The position numbers and the translations under genes were made by a program. The notes below the pieces were generated by a model that saw only the letters and a program-made list of their open reading frames with translations, was not told where the DNA came from and did not search any database. Shown here piece by piece: positions 26,550 to 39,609 of a stretch of DNA of 64,000 nucleotides. The DNA is taken from the NCBI RefSeq assembly GCF_000485595.1, contig NW_014577084.1:555149-619148 (forward strand). Direction: 5' to 3'. Position 1 is the stretch's first letter; each line of letters opens with the position of its first letter. The DNA comes from Priapulus caudatus. Taxonomy: Eukaryota.

Positions 26550-27507
26550 TAGTATATATAAAGTTGTTCAGCCGAATTTGTTGTTTCGCGCATAACTAGA
26601 GAACTCCGCAGTCTAGAGGAAAACTAAATATATTTTTAGAATCAGCACGTCTGGGAGGTGGTTCTGGCTGAAGCTGAAATTTCAAAAAAGTTAAAAAGTT
26701 AAAAATTTATAAAAATTCTATTCATCAATAGATGGCGTACAGATTAACATTATACATCACGTACGTGTGAATCCATGGTGTATAACCATAACGGCCCAGT
26801 AGCCGAATGGATAAAGCATCGGACTTCTAAAACATTTATTCTGGGTTCGAATCCCACCTCGGAAATGCTTTGTTTCTTTACTTTTGGACTGTTTAGTATG
26901 TACTTCTGCCGTATTCACCGTTAATTTCAAAATTTAATTTGTTTACCATATTTAAACGTTTAGTAAAAATTCAGAATAAACTATGGTAGATGATAATGAT
27001 AGCGCAAACTGACGGGAACACTTCACGGAAGCCTATATGTAGGTTACATATCAAATATTATTATATTTTCTATATAATTTCATTTTATTATTTATAATTT
27101 TTTACTTTTTTATTTTAATGACTTATTTTTTGATTTCTTATTATTTTTTACTGTTGGGATGGGATGGGATGGGATGGCATGCGATGGGATGGGATGGGAT
27201 GGCATGGCATGGCATGGCATGGGATAGGATGGGATGCGGTGTGATGGGATGGCATGGCATGGCATGGCCTGGGATGCGATGAGATGGCATGCGATGGGAT
27301 GGGATGGGATATGGGATGGGATGAGATGGGATGCGGTGCGATGGGATGGGATGGCATGGCATGGCATGGAATGCGATGGATGGATGGATGGATGGATGCA
27401 TGGATAGATAGATAGTTAGATTTTTGTGGGTATTTTCCTTTCAACCAAGCGGTCACCAGCTGAGTAACGCCACTGATTTCCCCGGACAACGCCGGGTATT
27501 CCGCTAG
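26550..27507 (+). mobile_element. Non-autonomous Helitron, copy 2
   Basis: Colinear with copy 1; 3' cccggacaacgccggg...CTAG|T; the 5' end abuts a 10-N gap. Confidence 0.85.
26793..26865 (+). pseudogene. tRNA-Arg(TCT)-derived sequence inside Helitron copy 2
   Basis: ggcccagtagccgaatggataaagcatcggac-t-TCT-aa with an A-box-like D arm and B-box ggttcgaatcc (26844-26854). The anticodon and acceptor stems do not pair properly. Confidence 0.7.
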
Positions 27508-28719
27508 TAGCATATATAGCGGATGTTAGGTTGTGATACGCGTAGCCTCACGGGCCTGCGCATCGGCATTAAATTAAGTTGCATGGATCTCAGCTCTCGC
27601 GAAGTTGTGCATGGCCATTTCACCTGGCAGGCTCTACGAAACCATAGCAAGCTTAAAAGGGGTATTTCGTTGGCTCGCCGCGTAATGTTATTGTGTAGAA
27701 GATAGCGAGATGCATCGCTGGTATACTCGGCGGTATTGACGTGACTGCTGTGATTCAGTTACGTGATGTTCTATATTATTATTCTGCTCGTTTCGCTGGA
27801 GGAATTGGCGTTTTCTTTGAATGCCGCATACAAATCGAATAGCAAATGAACTTCATCATTCGTCATTATTTAGGATAATGCAGTAACGCGGGAACAAGAC
27901 AGGAATGGCTGACGTTGCCCGTTGTGTCTCTCTGACCATAATAATTACAGAATGGATAGTAGTATGAAGCTAATATGTCTACTGTGTATAAATGCGTATG
28001 ATATAATATATTATATTACACACGCAGATTCGGGTTCGTTGCTTTGTAACATGTAGTGTTGTAATATGGGTCTGATTTAACTAAATTTTTAGTCTAAACT
28101 ACTAAAGTTTTAACTGAGAAATTGTCCGTCAGAGACGGGACGTCTTCAGATACATTCTTACGTATGCTATTATTATCCCTACTATACTATTTCCTACTAC
28201 AAATTTAAACAAGACAGTGTGGTACTTTTAATTTTGCTATATAGATTATTATTAGTTGATGGATCAAAAGACATGTCGATGACAAAATGAATCCGACTTT
28301 ACTGTAGCAGTATAAATCTATCCATGCTGTAGATGTATACTAAGTACCCTATCTATGCTATATAAATATCAGTAGTCACTACTTAGCCTCATTTATAGTA
28401 GAAGGCAGAGTTTGTACGCACCCTGCGTTATTTACCTATACCTCGGCATGTAAACCCTTGTCAGGTATAACTGCGCCAAGTCAAGACACGTACGCAGTTA
28501 AACGCGCGTAATGCACGCTGGCATGTTTATGAAATAGCAGTGTGATTGATAACCCTTTTATCGCCATAGTCCACTAGCTTGAAAGTATCTAATGTAGACT
28601 GGATTTTTTTGCTGTAGCAGGTTCCTGTATAGTTTGTTATAACGCCGACTGCGTTCGACAGTTTAGTGTATTTTGTTTGTTACGTGGACGCGAGCTTGAA
28701 CGAGAGCGTTGGCTGACTA

Positions 28720-28781
<62 letters not shown>

Positions 28782-30054
28782 TGTATGTATGATCCTGGAC
28801 CTACCTCGTTAGTGGAGAAGTGTTAGTTGTAAATAACTAACTAATGTTGTGTGTAGTTTGTATCTCAGCTGTAGACTGATGCCAGAAGTCCCTGGCTTCT
28901 GTCAGACATATATAGTCAGAATCCATTGGCGTGCAACTGCAACCACATTCCTCTAAAGAAGTATGTAGCAACAGCTAAGCTCCCTTCGATCTGCATGCAT
29001 TCAGTGTACGTCTCGCTTCCAGTGTACCTGGATCCGCCCATGAACCGGTCTTTATTTCTCCACTGCAACAACCTTCGCGGCGACACTTTTAAGGCATAAA
29101 ACAATAAATAAAGTTCCAATAAATAAAATAATTTTTCCATAAACGTGTTACACGCGGTCAACGCGGTGTTCGCGGGCGTACTTCAACTAAAATACTGTCA
29201 CGGTCGTTTGATTGTTCAGAAACCCCTCAGTGATAGTATACACCGCCAAAACCGATTAGAAAGATGCCTACTTAGTGCTGCTACAACTAAGCGGGTATTC
29301 ATCGAGCAGTGGTAGAAGATTAAATTGTGGAATTGGTTTGGTTTAAACCATTTCTTGTCTTTTACTTAACAGCGTCAAATGTGCCGGGTTCTTGATATAT
29401 ATATATATCGAAACTGAGCATGCATGGAATAGCAGTGGTAAATTTAGAGTAGTTTCGCTAGGTATGGTATGGGATTTTCACTAGTGCATTAAAATTATAT
29501 TTACTATTGCTACATGCATTTAATTTAATTTCCTGTGTTATTTAATTGCCTCTTTATACCCAACCCATCTCTAGCTCATTTTGCATTAATTATTTAATCA
29601 TTCACTCCTTGAACAGCTATAGTCTGTGCGATGTGGACTGTTGTCCTGTTCCTGTCACCTTGCCTTGCCTGTTGCTTGCTATACCCCCTGCTGCTCGCTT
29701 GCGACTGCTGGCGTCGCAGCGTTTCGCAAACATTGCGTCAAGTCGATTGTTTTGGAGACATCCCTGAATTTATTTCCGTATTTTGCATAATTGCAATACC
29801 GGAATGGAACTCGGCTTCGAGATATAGGCTTGGTTCCGTTGCTGTGGTTATCGTTGCCATGGGAACTGATTCCCAGTTCAGGTGAAACCTCGAGTGTTTT
29901 GAATTTCATAGCTAACACGTAAGATGTGTTGATGTCGTGTCTTCGTCGTTTCGCCTTTTGTGTAAGTTTTGCAAGCGAGCATGAAGTCATAATATTTAAT
30001 CGCCACGTGGCAGGCATTGTAGGTTTCGCATGTTTTTTTTATCTGTGATCGTAT

Positions 30055-30110
30055 CAGGACTCAGGAGTGTCATAATGTAGATCATATAGATCTATATTAT
30101 GACACTCCTG
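30055..30110. mobile_element. Mini hairpin CAGGAGTGTCATAAT...ATTATGACACTCCTG (30062-30110) preceded by a short caggact duplication
   Basis: Flanks atcgtat (30048-30054) and atcttat (30111-30117). Confidence 0.65.
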
Positions 30111-33100
30111 ATCTTATTCGGTGTCCCCTTCCCCTAATGTGCTTGATTGTGTTGCGTTTTAAATAGTTTTTGGAGATAAGTTTGTTTCTTATTTAATCAT
30201 TTTTATTGATATAGTAAATGATTCCTGATTTGTCACATATTTCTGAACATTTGAGCGGTGAGTCTGGTTACCCAAACCCATGTACAAGATGTAATCCACT
30301 CATCCAACCATTACATCCGGTCCTCGCCAAGCTCATCCGATACCCTGACAAAACAGCCGCTATTTTGCACCGGTCTGGTCGGAAAGTAGACTATACCGTG
30401 ATGACCGGTAACGTCGTGTAAATTACCGGATGTACGTTTCTGTAAATATAGGTGGCCATATTCATCTGACCCTCTTAATCTTATTAGTTTACGGGTCCAA
30501 GCTCTACACAATTCTTTTCACTTGATCAATAATCTCCAGCACAATATGCCCTACACATACGCTATCTGTGTGTATGGGATAAACTAGGCAGGAGTGACAT
30601 GCAGTAGAAATTGTTATCTTGGACCAAGACGCCAGTCTGATCAGCTTGCAGATCGCGGATGAGTAAGCTATCGATCGTCTTGCTAATTACTCATTGAAGG
30701 CTGCATGTGCGTGCGTGCGCGCATAGGTGTGCGCATGCGTAGGCCTATACGTGTACGCGTGCGAGTGAGTCCAGATTACATGTGATCATCCACTCACTAT
30801 GCGCTCTGCACAGTTGACTGAAGCTATAGCGCATAAATTATCAGTTGGTGGTATCATAGAGACGTTTCCGTTTCAGAGTCCTTTTTCTGTTTCTGATCAG
30901 TGAATTATTATTTATTTATATGTAATTTTACATCATTATTAAACCCTAGGTATAGTGTAAAATATGTGGTGTATACGCGTGCTTGCGTGTGTGTGGTATC
31001 CAATACCAGGGAGTAACGTTGCCGCACCTACCCAATGTTGAGTTAAGCTGCTACATTCCAGAATATTTTGGCTAAACGCTGGCATTGTGCACCTAATAAA
31101 ATTTCCTCAATACGAAGATGTAACCATCAACTCCAGCAGCAGTCACCGACCCCACACCTTTGTCATAACATGCTCAGGGTATATACATTTCGGATTTGCA
31201 TGGAATTGTAATTTAGTGCAGTAACCTAACGCATCTCATACAGGGACGTTTCTCGCGGCGTTCTTCTCAACCGATAAAGCGATATTTCCATACTTTACTC
31301 TGGGTAGAGGAGCAAACAGCGAATTATATCCGCATGTACGCTATCCCAACGCGACAATAAATCCACAGAGACCCTGGTTTATGGTTTTGGTATTTGGATC
31401 TATGTGTTAGATAGAGTGAATGTGTGAAGTTAATTCTTATGGGTCGAACGTGCCTATCAAAATCATATTCGGTCTGCACCGAGTGAATTTATCATGTAAG
31501 ATGCCTGCTTTGCCTAGCAAAGTCTGGGTTGGTTCTGCTATATACTTTCCTCTGAAAATCGGAGCATTTTACGACGAAGTAATCCGTCTATAATTATAGT
31601 GAAACGCTAACAATTTAATCGGCTTATTTGTAATTGTGTTATAGCTGGCGTGAAACAACGAGTTGGTAATTGTAAACCGAGTATGCAAGCAACAGTGGGG
31701 GGGGGGATTGCAATCGCAGAGACTGCGATTGTCGGTAAAAGCACAAGTAAAATTCCCGTGGTAATCATGCACTCAGTTAGTATATATCTCGTATTTCGGC
31801 CGGGTTCAGTATAACCAGCAGGAGTCGTATCCTGTCTTACAGTCGGCTGAAGTTAATCTCATTTGATTCAATGACCCTGCCGTGGTACCCTGAATGCGGT
31901 CCCCATTCATCACGCCTTCCCTTCCCCTAACCCAGCATCGCTAATGAGCTGGCAATGTTGAGCAATTCCAGGGGGATTGTCATGAACACCTTCGCTGCGC
32001 GCGCGTGTACACGCGGCAGTAGGTCATCAAGTAATTACAGGCAGGAAGCTGCTGAGCTCATTACGATGATGTGTTTTAGCGTAGAGTGAGCGCCTGTGAT
32101 TAGTTCGACTCCGCGTTCGCTGATTGGACGACGATCGGCCACGACGTAATGATGACGTGCACGCGAGGAAATTATGTGTGTGTGCTGTTTGTATGCGGAA
32201 TAATTATAATCGTTCTTCCTGGGTGGTTTTGTGCGTAGAACAACGCTAATGTTGGCGTCGTTGCTCCTAGCCCCCGCGCACGATGGTCCTAGCTAAGCGT
32301 CACTGCGTATATAGCGACGGCTGAAATATTCTAATGATGCGCGAGCAGTCTTTGCGATGGTGTATTTCCTCGCTCCGTCTGAATCGGTGCGCGTGCGATT
32401 CTCGGGCGAGTTTTCATTGCGCTTCTTGTAGGTACGCTCGTAATATGAGAATTAATCGTTGATTAACCAGTCAGAAAATTCCATTTTGATGGAATATTTG
32501 TACGCGATATATTTTTCACGCGATTTGACTTTGAATTAAATGCCTTAACTAGATATATTTAGCATTTTATGAAATATCAAAGCTGTTTGCTCAGCACAAA
32601 GCTAGGGCTACAAAGCGGACGTGCGTCAGTGTATATTTGATGCTTGTCATATAGAAATATCGCTTAGATCAGACAGAATGTCAGGAGATCAATGGCTCGA
32701 CACGCTCGTTAATGTCTATGGACACCCTGTAGTGTAGTGTGGGTAGTATAGATATATAACCGTCACAGGCTAACAATTGTAGTAATAATATATCGGTAAA
32801 GTTAAAGTTGCTTAACCCACAGCTAAATGCATCTATATAGAACTACTGTGAGCTCGTCTATGTTGCAAAAATTCTCATTTGTATTGCTACTTTCATAACA
32901 TTTCTTCTCAAAATCTAAACGAAATAACTTCTCTTACGAAAGTAGCACCACCGTGATGCTTACACATCCCGGACACAGCGGAGCGATTGTTAATTGTTAT
33001 TTCTATGATCAAACAAGTTATATATAATTTGTTTAAATCATATATCGTTAACTACATTACATATGCAATCAGGAAACAAATATAGTGTTTTCGTTCCAGG

Positions 33101-33909
33101 AACTATTTGAGCTATGGCGTATAGATACTATTTTGCGTTATCTTGCACTTCGTACAAATAACTCGCGTCTGACGTAAGTTTTCAAAATAGTCAATTTCGG
33201 AGCACATTTCTTGCTCAATGAGAACATTTCATGATGTTTGCACACTGCAAGTATGCTCACAGTAGGTCTATATAGGTCTTTTGTTGAGAGGTCTATCAAT
33301 TTTAAAGGTTATAACAACAAGCAATTTGGAACGTTAAAAATTATTTACTAGGCTGTAAGTAGTTGCTTGATGTGGCAGGGTATAGTGTCTTCCGTTTCAT
33401 TCCATTGTTGATCTTCCAATTCCTCCCATTCCTGTTCTTTTTAATATCACCCCTTGCCTTCTTCCACGCATTTCGTTCGCCGTTCCCCTCACCTGTAATG
33501 TGTCCCTCCATTGCTGTTTCACCTCCCAAGCTTCTACTTTCTTAATTTATTCCTTATCCTCCACTACAATGTTCCATTTCCTTCCTTCCTCTACATATTT
33601 TTCTCCCGTCCCCTTATTTCTTTCACCTCATATCGCTGTCACTCTCTCTCCCTCTCCGTTCTCTTACGCGTATATTTCCATTTCTCCCCTCCCCCCCCCC
33701 TCCTTTCTTTCAAGATTTCTGGTCTCTTTCAGCCGCTTTCAGTTCATTTCTCATCCCTCTCATATTCCTTCAACCCGCACATTCTCTCTCTGTTTCCCGT
33801 CCTCGTCTCTAACTCACTGTATCTATCTATCTATCTATCTATCTATATATCTATCTATCTATCTATATATCTATCTATCTATCTCCTGGTGATATCGATC
33901 GACCGCCCC

Positions 33910-34408
33910 GCTAATATCGATTGCGCGAACACACGAACACACGAGAGCGAAAACATAACCTCCTCCAACTCCGTTGGGCAAAGATAACTAGACAGAGTGC
34001 ACTCACGGAGAGTGCATACCTCCGCCAGCGACATACGCCATACGCCATACGACTGACGAACACACGATATACGCCAGCGTACTGACATGTACACGCTGGC
34101 TTGCTGGCTTGCTGCTCGCTCGCTCGTAGCAGCCGCTCATTGCTGCTGCTCGCTCACATGTACACGCTGGCTTGCTGGCTTGCTGCTCGCTCGCTCGTAG
34201 CAGCCGCTCGTTGCTGCTGCTCGCTCACATGTACACGCTAGCTAGCTTGCTGACTCGCTGGCTCGCTGGGTGATATCGAACGACCGCCAACGACATACGC
34301 CATACGCCGCGGCTTGCTGACTCGCTGGCTGGCTGGCTAATATCGATCGCGCGAACACACGAGAGCGAAAACATAACCTCCTCCAACTCCGTTGGGCGGA
34401 GGTAACTA
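33910..34408. mobile_element. Two direct copies of a Helentron-like terminus flanking a ~70-bp tandem repeat
   Basis: gaaaacataacctcctccaactccgttgggc at ~33948 and ~34367; the second closes the hairpin acctcc...ggaggt. Confidence 0.55.
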
Positions 34409-36412
34409 CGTGCGGTCGTTGAGTAGAACAGCCAGTTAATCACAGTAATTGTTGGAATTTATCAATATTTTATAGTTTCGTTCGGCCCATATTCTGTAGG
34501 GTTTCATCTGGTAGTGCCCGTCGTTAAATAAGGGGTTGATTGGAAATTGATGTCACGTGAAGGTCCCTTTAAGGCGAGGTGTTCTATGATATGTAGGCTC
34601 TGTTGATAGCACCACGGATGCCGATGTTCTTCGCGCCATTTGCTGTGATTTACATATGTAAAATATTATTAATATTCAACATATTCAGTATTTGCAATCG
34701 ATTAGACTCTCTTTGCGATAGGTAACGCGCCAACTGAAGTAAACCAACTAGATTAAAACTAATTAATTGATTGTCGTGTTTACCTCCAGTATGTGTTTAA
34801 CATGATACGCGCGGGAAAGCACGCTCGTCTCGCTCGTCTCGCACTATGTGGGCGGTTTCTGCGATATATGTCACGCGAGTGTCACCTCACCTCGCGCGTT
34901 TTTTGTCATCGCTGTCGTCGCGCCGCAGCGCCGCGAGTGCTTTCCGCAGTGCGCCGTGTTTACGATACGTGGCCCCGCTGCGCAGTCCTGCTCGCCTTGA
35001 ACTAAAATATTTACAGGGTAGGGAAGAGCGTTTAATTACGTTCTCCGTCGTCAGTAGAGGCTGCGCGATGAGTAAACGAGAACGCATGCGGCTGTTTTCT
35101 GTGCCACCCCTCCCCCCCTTCCAGCTCCCGTCGAAATTCCTGAGGTTTGAACTCGGCCTTTAGAAGCTAGGACGTGACCACGGGATATTTATTGTGTCAA
35201 CACTGTTAATGCGTTTACGTAATCAAATGACCAAAGTGTGTTAGTCGGCACTACCGTGGGACGGCTGTACTGTACGTCCCACTTTCTTACTTGATATTAG
35301 ATCGAGTTTTAGAGTGTAGTGTTGTGCGAAGATATTTGTGACTTTGTTAATCTAGTACTTCTGCACGTTATCAACGGTGATTCGGTGGTTCGCACATCCC
35401 GCAACAACTCTCCCCTTGTCCCACACGCGCGCGCGCGCACGCATCCGCACACACACGTACGCATGCACGCTGTCGCTCACGCGCACGCACGCACGAACAC
35501 ACGAGCACACATGCGCGTATGAACGTGGAAACGCATTCTAATGGCAAGATCACAGTCTCTTTATAAGCCAAAAAATGAATAAGCATGCGTGAAATAAAAT
35601 GAATAAGCATGCGTGAAATTTTATCCCCTTTTTGAATTTGAGAAATCATGAAAAGACGTCTGCGTGCAGTCATTTACACAGAAGCGCGGGTGAACCGAGA
35701 GCTTCGTAAGTGTACGAATTTACCCGTGCGACATTTAGCATTTTCTATGCGTGGAATCGATGGAATTTTATAAATAACTACAATTTTATAATCACTTTCG
35801 GATGCTGAATTTGCTCTAATGTGTTTGTGCGTGTGTGTGTGCGCGCATGTGTGCCTGCGTACGTGTGTGTGCGTGCGTGCGGAGACTACTGTCTGTATAG
35901 TAAAAATCAACATCAGCAACCACCGCCCATGGTCATATATGCACGCGCGCGCAACGAGCATCGCTGGGTGTTAGAGAGGTCATAATAGCAGCGCGTTTAT
36001 GAATCCAATTTCTTCTTCCCTTTCACTAGTTAATGCGTAATCTTTATCGACATGAGACATCTTGTATAGGGCTACCGATGTGCAATTACTAGTCACGATT
36101 TACGTAATTATGTTTCGTCACGATTTATGTTGTAAATTGTGTTAGAGTCACGTGCCAGCTAATAAAGTTGCATATAAAATTTGTCTACTATTAATACAGA
36201 GTATATTTAAAAATGCTGACCCAGTAAGAAGTTTCCTTGCGGTTGGTTAGAGAATATAAAACTACAATTATAGACGCATCTATGGTCGTGTAAACAAAAT
36301 CTTCTGAAATCCCCGCTTTCACTTTGGCATATTTGTTCTGGATATGTATAGATTCAGATATGTGGTATGGTGGCATATGCTATAATGATACGTGTTGTAT
36401 ATATGGTATTAT

Positions 36413-36467
36413 CAGGAGTGAATAATAAAGATTCTATTATACTATTTATCTCTATTATTCACTCCTG
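36413..36467. mobile_element. Mini hairpin CAGGAGTGAATAATA...TATTATTCACTCCTG with perfect 7-bp TSD
   Basis: gtattat on both sides; 15-bp perfect arms with AT-rich filler. Confidence 0.85.
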
Positions 36468-37289
36468 GTATTATGATATGTAGTACTATGATCTATGATA
36501 TCGTATATAGTATGGTCAGCAATGGTGGTATGATAGTGATAGTATGCAGCACATGGCATACATGATATAATGGTGTATGTATGGTATAGTGGTGCATTGC
36601 ATATATTGTATTATACATCATATACTGTATGGTTAATTGGTATTGTATAGGTTGCTGGTAGTTGCACCTATTGCCTGAGCTGTCCCATCTCCATCGGAAT
36701 TATGTCAAGGTGAGGCACTGGCACATACATTGTGTTTATCTGACGTGATGCTGAATGATAGAATACTCCCAACAACAACCCCCCCCCCCGGGGGTGTTGT
36801 TGTCCCTTTCAAACATTTGTCACCGAGTAAGAACAGGAATTGAGCAGGACCACGGTCAGGGTGATAGCACTGACAGCTACACCCAGACGTCTATATGCTT
36901 TTAGACAAACTGTGACGAGTATTTTCAACATTCCTATCTTTGCTTGCGAAGGTAACATGTAGTAATATTACCCTATAGACAAATAATTTGGATTAGAGAA
37001 AGTGAATACGTACGTCACTGAGCGGTGGTTTCTCCCAAATGTATTTACAACTAGAAAGAAGGCACTCAGTGAGTGCGAATCCTCCGCACACGCGATCACC
37101 ACATCTGTGATATCAGAACGCTATTTTACAGCTAGTGACATAAATCGATATCAGAACACACTCTGGCACACACAACACGCCTGGAAATACCGCCTGGAAC
37201 CCCCGGCCCGCGTTAGCAATGGTACGGTACTACGGTCCTTCTGCTATGACCCAGCGTTGGTTCTACACTTATCCTGCGGACGAAGTGTA

Positions 37290-37568
37290 GCTCTATAGAG
37301 ATCAGTGTTCGAAATATACTTAATGACCCTGTTGGGTCAAGGTCACTCAGAATCAATAGGGTTCTTCCGCTCCATAAGATGCACCTGTGGACCAAGGTTG
37401 AAGTTTCTACCATATACGGTTGCAAAGAAATCGCGGTAAAGATATCGAGCGGACAGTCACATACACACGCACGCGCACACGCGCACACGCGCACGCACAC
37501 GCACACGCACACAAACAAACGAGCCAAAAACAATACCCTCCGCTACACTTCGTGCAGAGCATAATAAA
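37290..37568 (-). mobile_element. HINE-like element fragment
   Basis: gggtcaaggtcac motif, CA-rich tract, then aaaacaataccctccgc...ttcg...gcagagcataataa terminal structure. Confidence 0.5.
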
Positions 37569-38087
37569 CGATTGCAATAGTATTGCCATACCAGGTGTTA
37601 GGTAATCTCCGTCGAGCATGAGAATGGTACACCTACAAAAATAGAAAAATCGCTATTAGTTTACCAACCGACAGTGTAAATGAGTGCCAATGATACCAAG
37701 TATAAAGCGTGCATAAATTATGTATGAATAAAATTAATGAAGTCTATTTACAAAAGCAGCCAATTCCGTGGATGATGACTTCCGTGCGATATGTATAATA
37801 AATAAGAATGGTGTATCCCTTAGGGATGCCGGTTTTTCGACCTAGTGGAATTGTATTATATGGTTTTATCTCTATTAATTATCGTTGCTGGTAGGTAAGG
37901 CTTCTGGGTGTTTGTGGCCAATATGGAAAATGAATAATTTCGTAGGCTTATGATTACATATAGTTCGTGATAGAGAGCTATATAATCCCAATACAAATTT
38001 GCGAGCGTGGTTCGTATGTGTGTGTGTGCCTGCGGGCGACCGGGCGTACGTGCTTGGATCTGATTATCAGTATACTTTATCCGTGCA

Positions 38088-38091
<4 letters not shown>

Positions 38092-38152
<61 letters not shown>

Positions 38153-38409
38153 CTCCTTCTCTCTTTCTTCCCTCGCTCGCACGTCCGCTCTCTTCTCTTC
38201 TCTCTCTCTCTCGTTTCCTCTTTCCTCTCTCTCTTCGTCTCTCTCCCTCTCTCATCATCTGCTCTCTCTCTCTCCTCTCGTCTCTCTCTTCTTCCCCTCT
38301 AAACCTCTCGCCGTGTCCCTGGATCTCTTCCTCTCTCCTCTTTCCCTGCCCCCTTCCTCTCTCTCTCTCTCTCTTCTTCCTCTCTCTCTCTCTCCCTCTC
38401 CTCCTCTCC

Positions 38410-38453
<44 letters not shown>

Positions 38454-38797
38454 TTTTCCTCCCCCTCTAACCTCTCTCGTGTCCCTCCCGTCTTATACTG
38501 TCTCTCCCGTCTCTCCCTCCTCTCTCTCTCTCTGTCGCTCCCTGTCTCCGTCTCTCTCTTCAGGCTGTCCTCCCCGCCTTCCTCTCCGTCCCTCTCGTCC
38601 CCTCCGTCTCCCTCTTCCTCTTCCTGCCAACTCGTGGGCCTCTCTCTCTCCTCATCCCTCTCTCGCTCTCTTCCTTGTCCCTCCTCTCTCCCGTCGAATC
38701 CACTGTCCTGCCCCTCCTACCTCTCTCTCTCCTCCTCTCTCTCTCTCTCTCCTCCTCCTCTCTCTCTCTCTCCTCCCTCCTCTCTCTCTCTCTCTCT

Positions 38798-38835
<38 letters not shown>
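38092..38835 (+). repeat. Long imperfect (CT)n tract
   Basis: Direct inspection. Confidence 0.9.
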
Positions 38836-38836
<1 letters not shown>

Positions 38837-39262
38837 CCCGTCCCTCTCCACAATCTTGCAATGCTTCAGTTTGCCGGTATAGTATCAGGGGGAAAGATGT
38901 TGATGGGGTATTTTATTACGGAATAGTTAGACTAGAGAAAGCCGCATATTACATAGGGTTAGTTTTCTAACACTGATGTAACTAAGGCCACAATTTTTAG
39001 GGACCCCTTTATTCGGGCGTCCTATAGCTGCCCCTGTAACCTAACTAATACCAGTAACACTACTTTAGTAAATACGTCCTACACAGTAACGTTTGATTTT
39101 ATCGCTGTGGTTCTAGAAGATCCGGCTTTATATACGCTTATAGTTCGTTAGCAACGTAAGCAGGGGACTGGAAAGCCTCCCACCAGCCTGCACTCTATCA
39201 TTACTAAGCATGCCCGAGTTTAATCCAGGCTCATGATTTTCTCGTTTTACTTTTTCTTATAG

Positions 39263-39354
39263 GGTCTCGTGCATCACTACTTGGGTAACAACGAGATGGC
39301 AGAGAAGATTCTAAGGGACACTGTTAAAGCTGATCCTACTTCTCATGAATCCTG
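39263..39354 (+). CDS. TTC7: TTC7 internal exon: GLVHHYLGNNEMAEKILRDTVKADPTSHESW
   Basis: Polypyrimidine tract plus tag acceptor, donor TG|gtgagt; continues the frame of exon 6017-6121. Contains AEKILRD as in TTC7B ALILHQLGRYSLAEKILRDAVQVNSTAHEVW. Not in the ORF track. Confidence 0.92.
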
Positions 39355-39573
39355 GTGAGTATCCATAGTTTGTGTTGAAATTTTACCATCACCTTCATCA
39401 TCAGGCATGTTGCTGTCTCTTCTTGTCACTGTTATTATAGATATCCATTTTGTAATTATCATTATTAACAGTAACAGCATCTTAGGATCACTGTAATTGT
39501 CATCACCAGCAGAAGCAACCGTTGGTATCATTAAAATCATAACAAGATGCAGTGTGGTAGTCATATATAATAG

Positions 39574-39609
39574 CAAGAGCGTATTATTACCCTTCTTAAT
39601 ACGCTCTTA
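39574..39609. mobile_element. Mini hairpin CAAGAGCGTATTA...TAATACGCTCTT(a) with 7-bp TSD
   Basis: Flanks ataatag/ataataa. Confidence 0.75.

Noticed and set aside
26793..26865. Functional tRNA-Arg gene
   Set aside because: The anticodon and acceptor stems do not pair and it is embedded in a Helitron; kept as tRNA-derived only.
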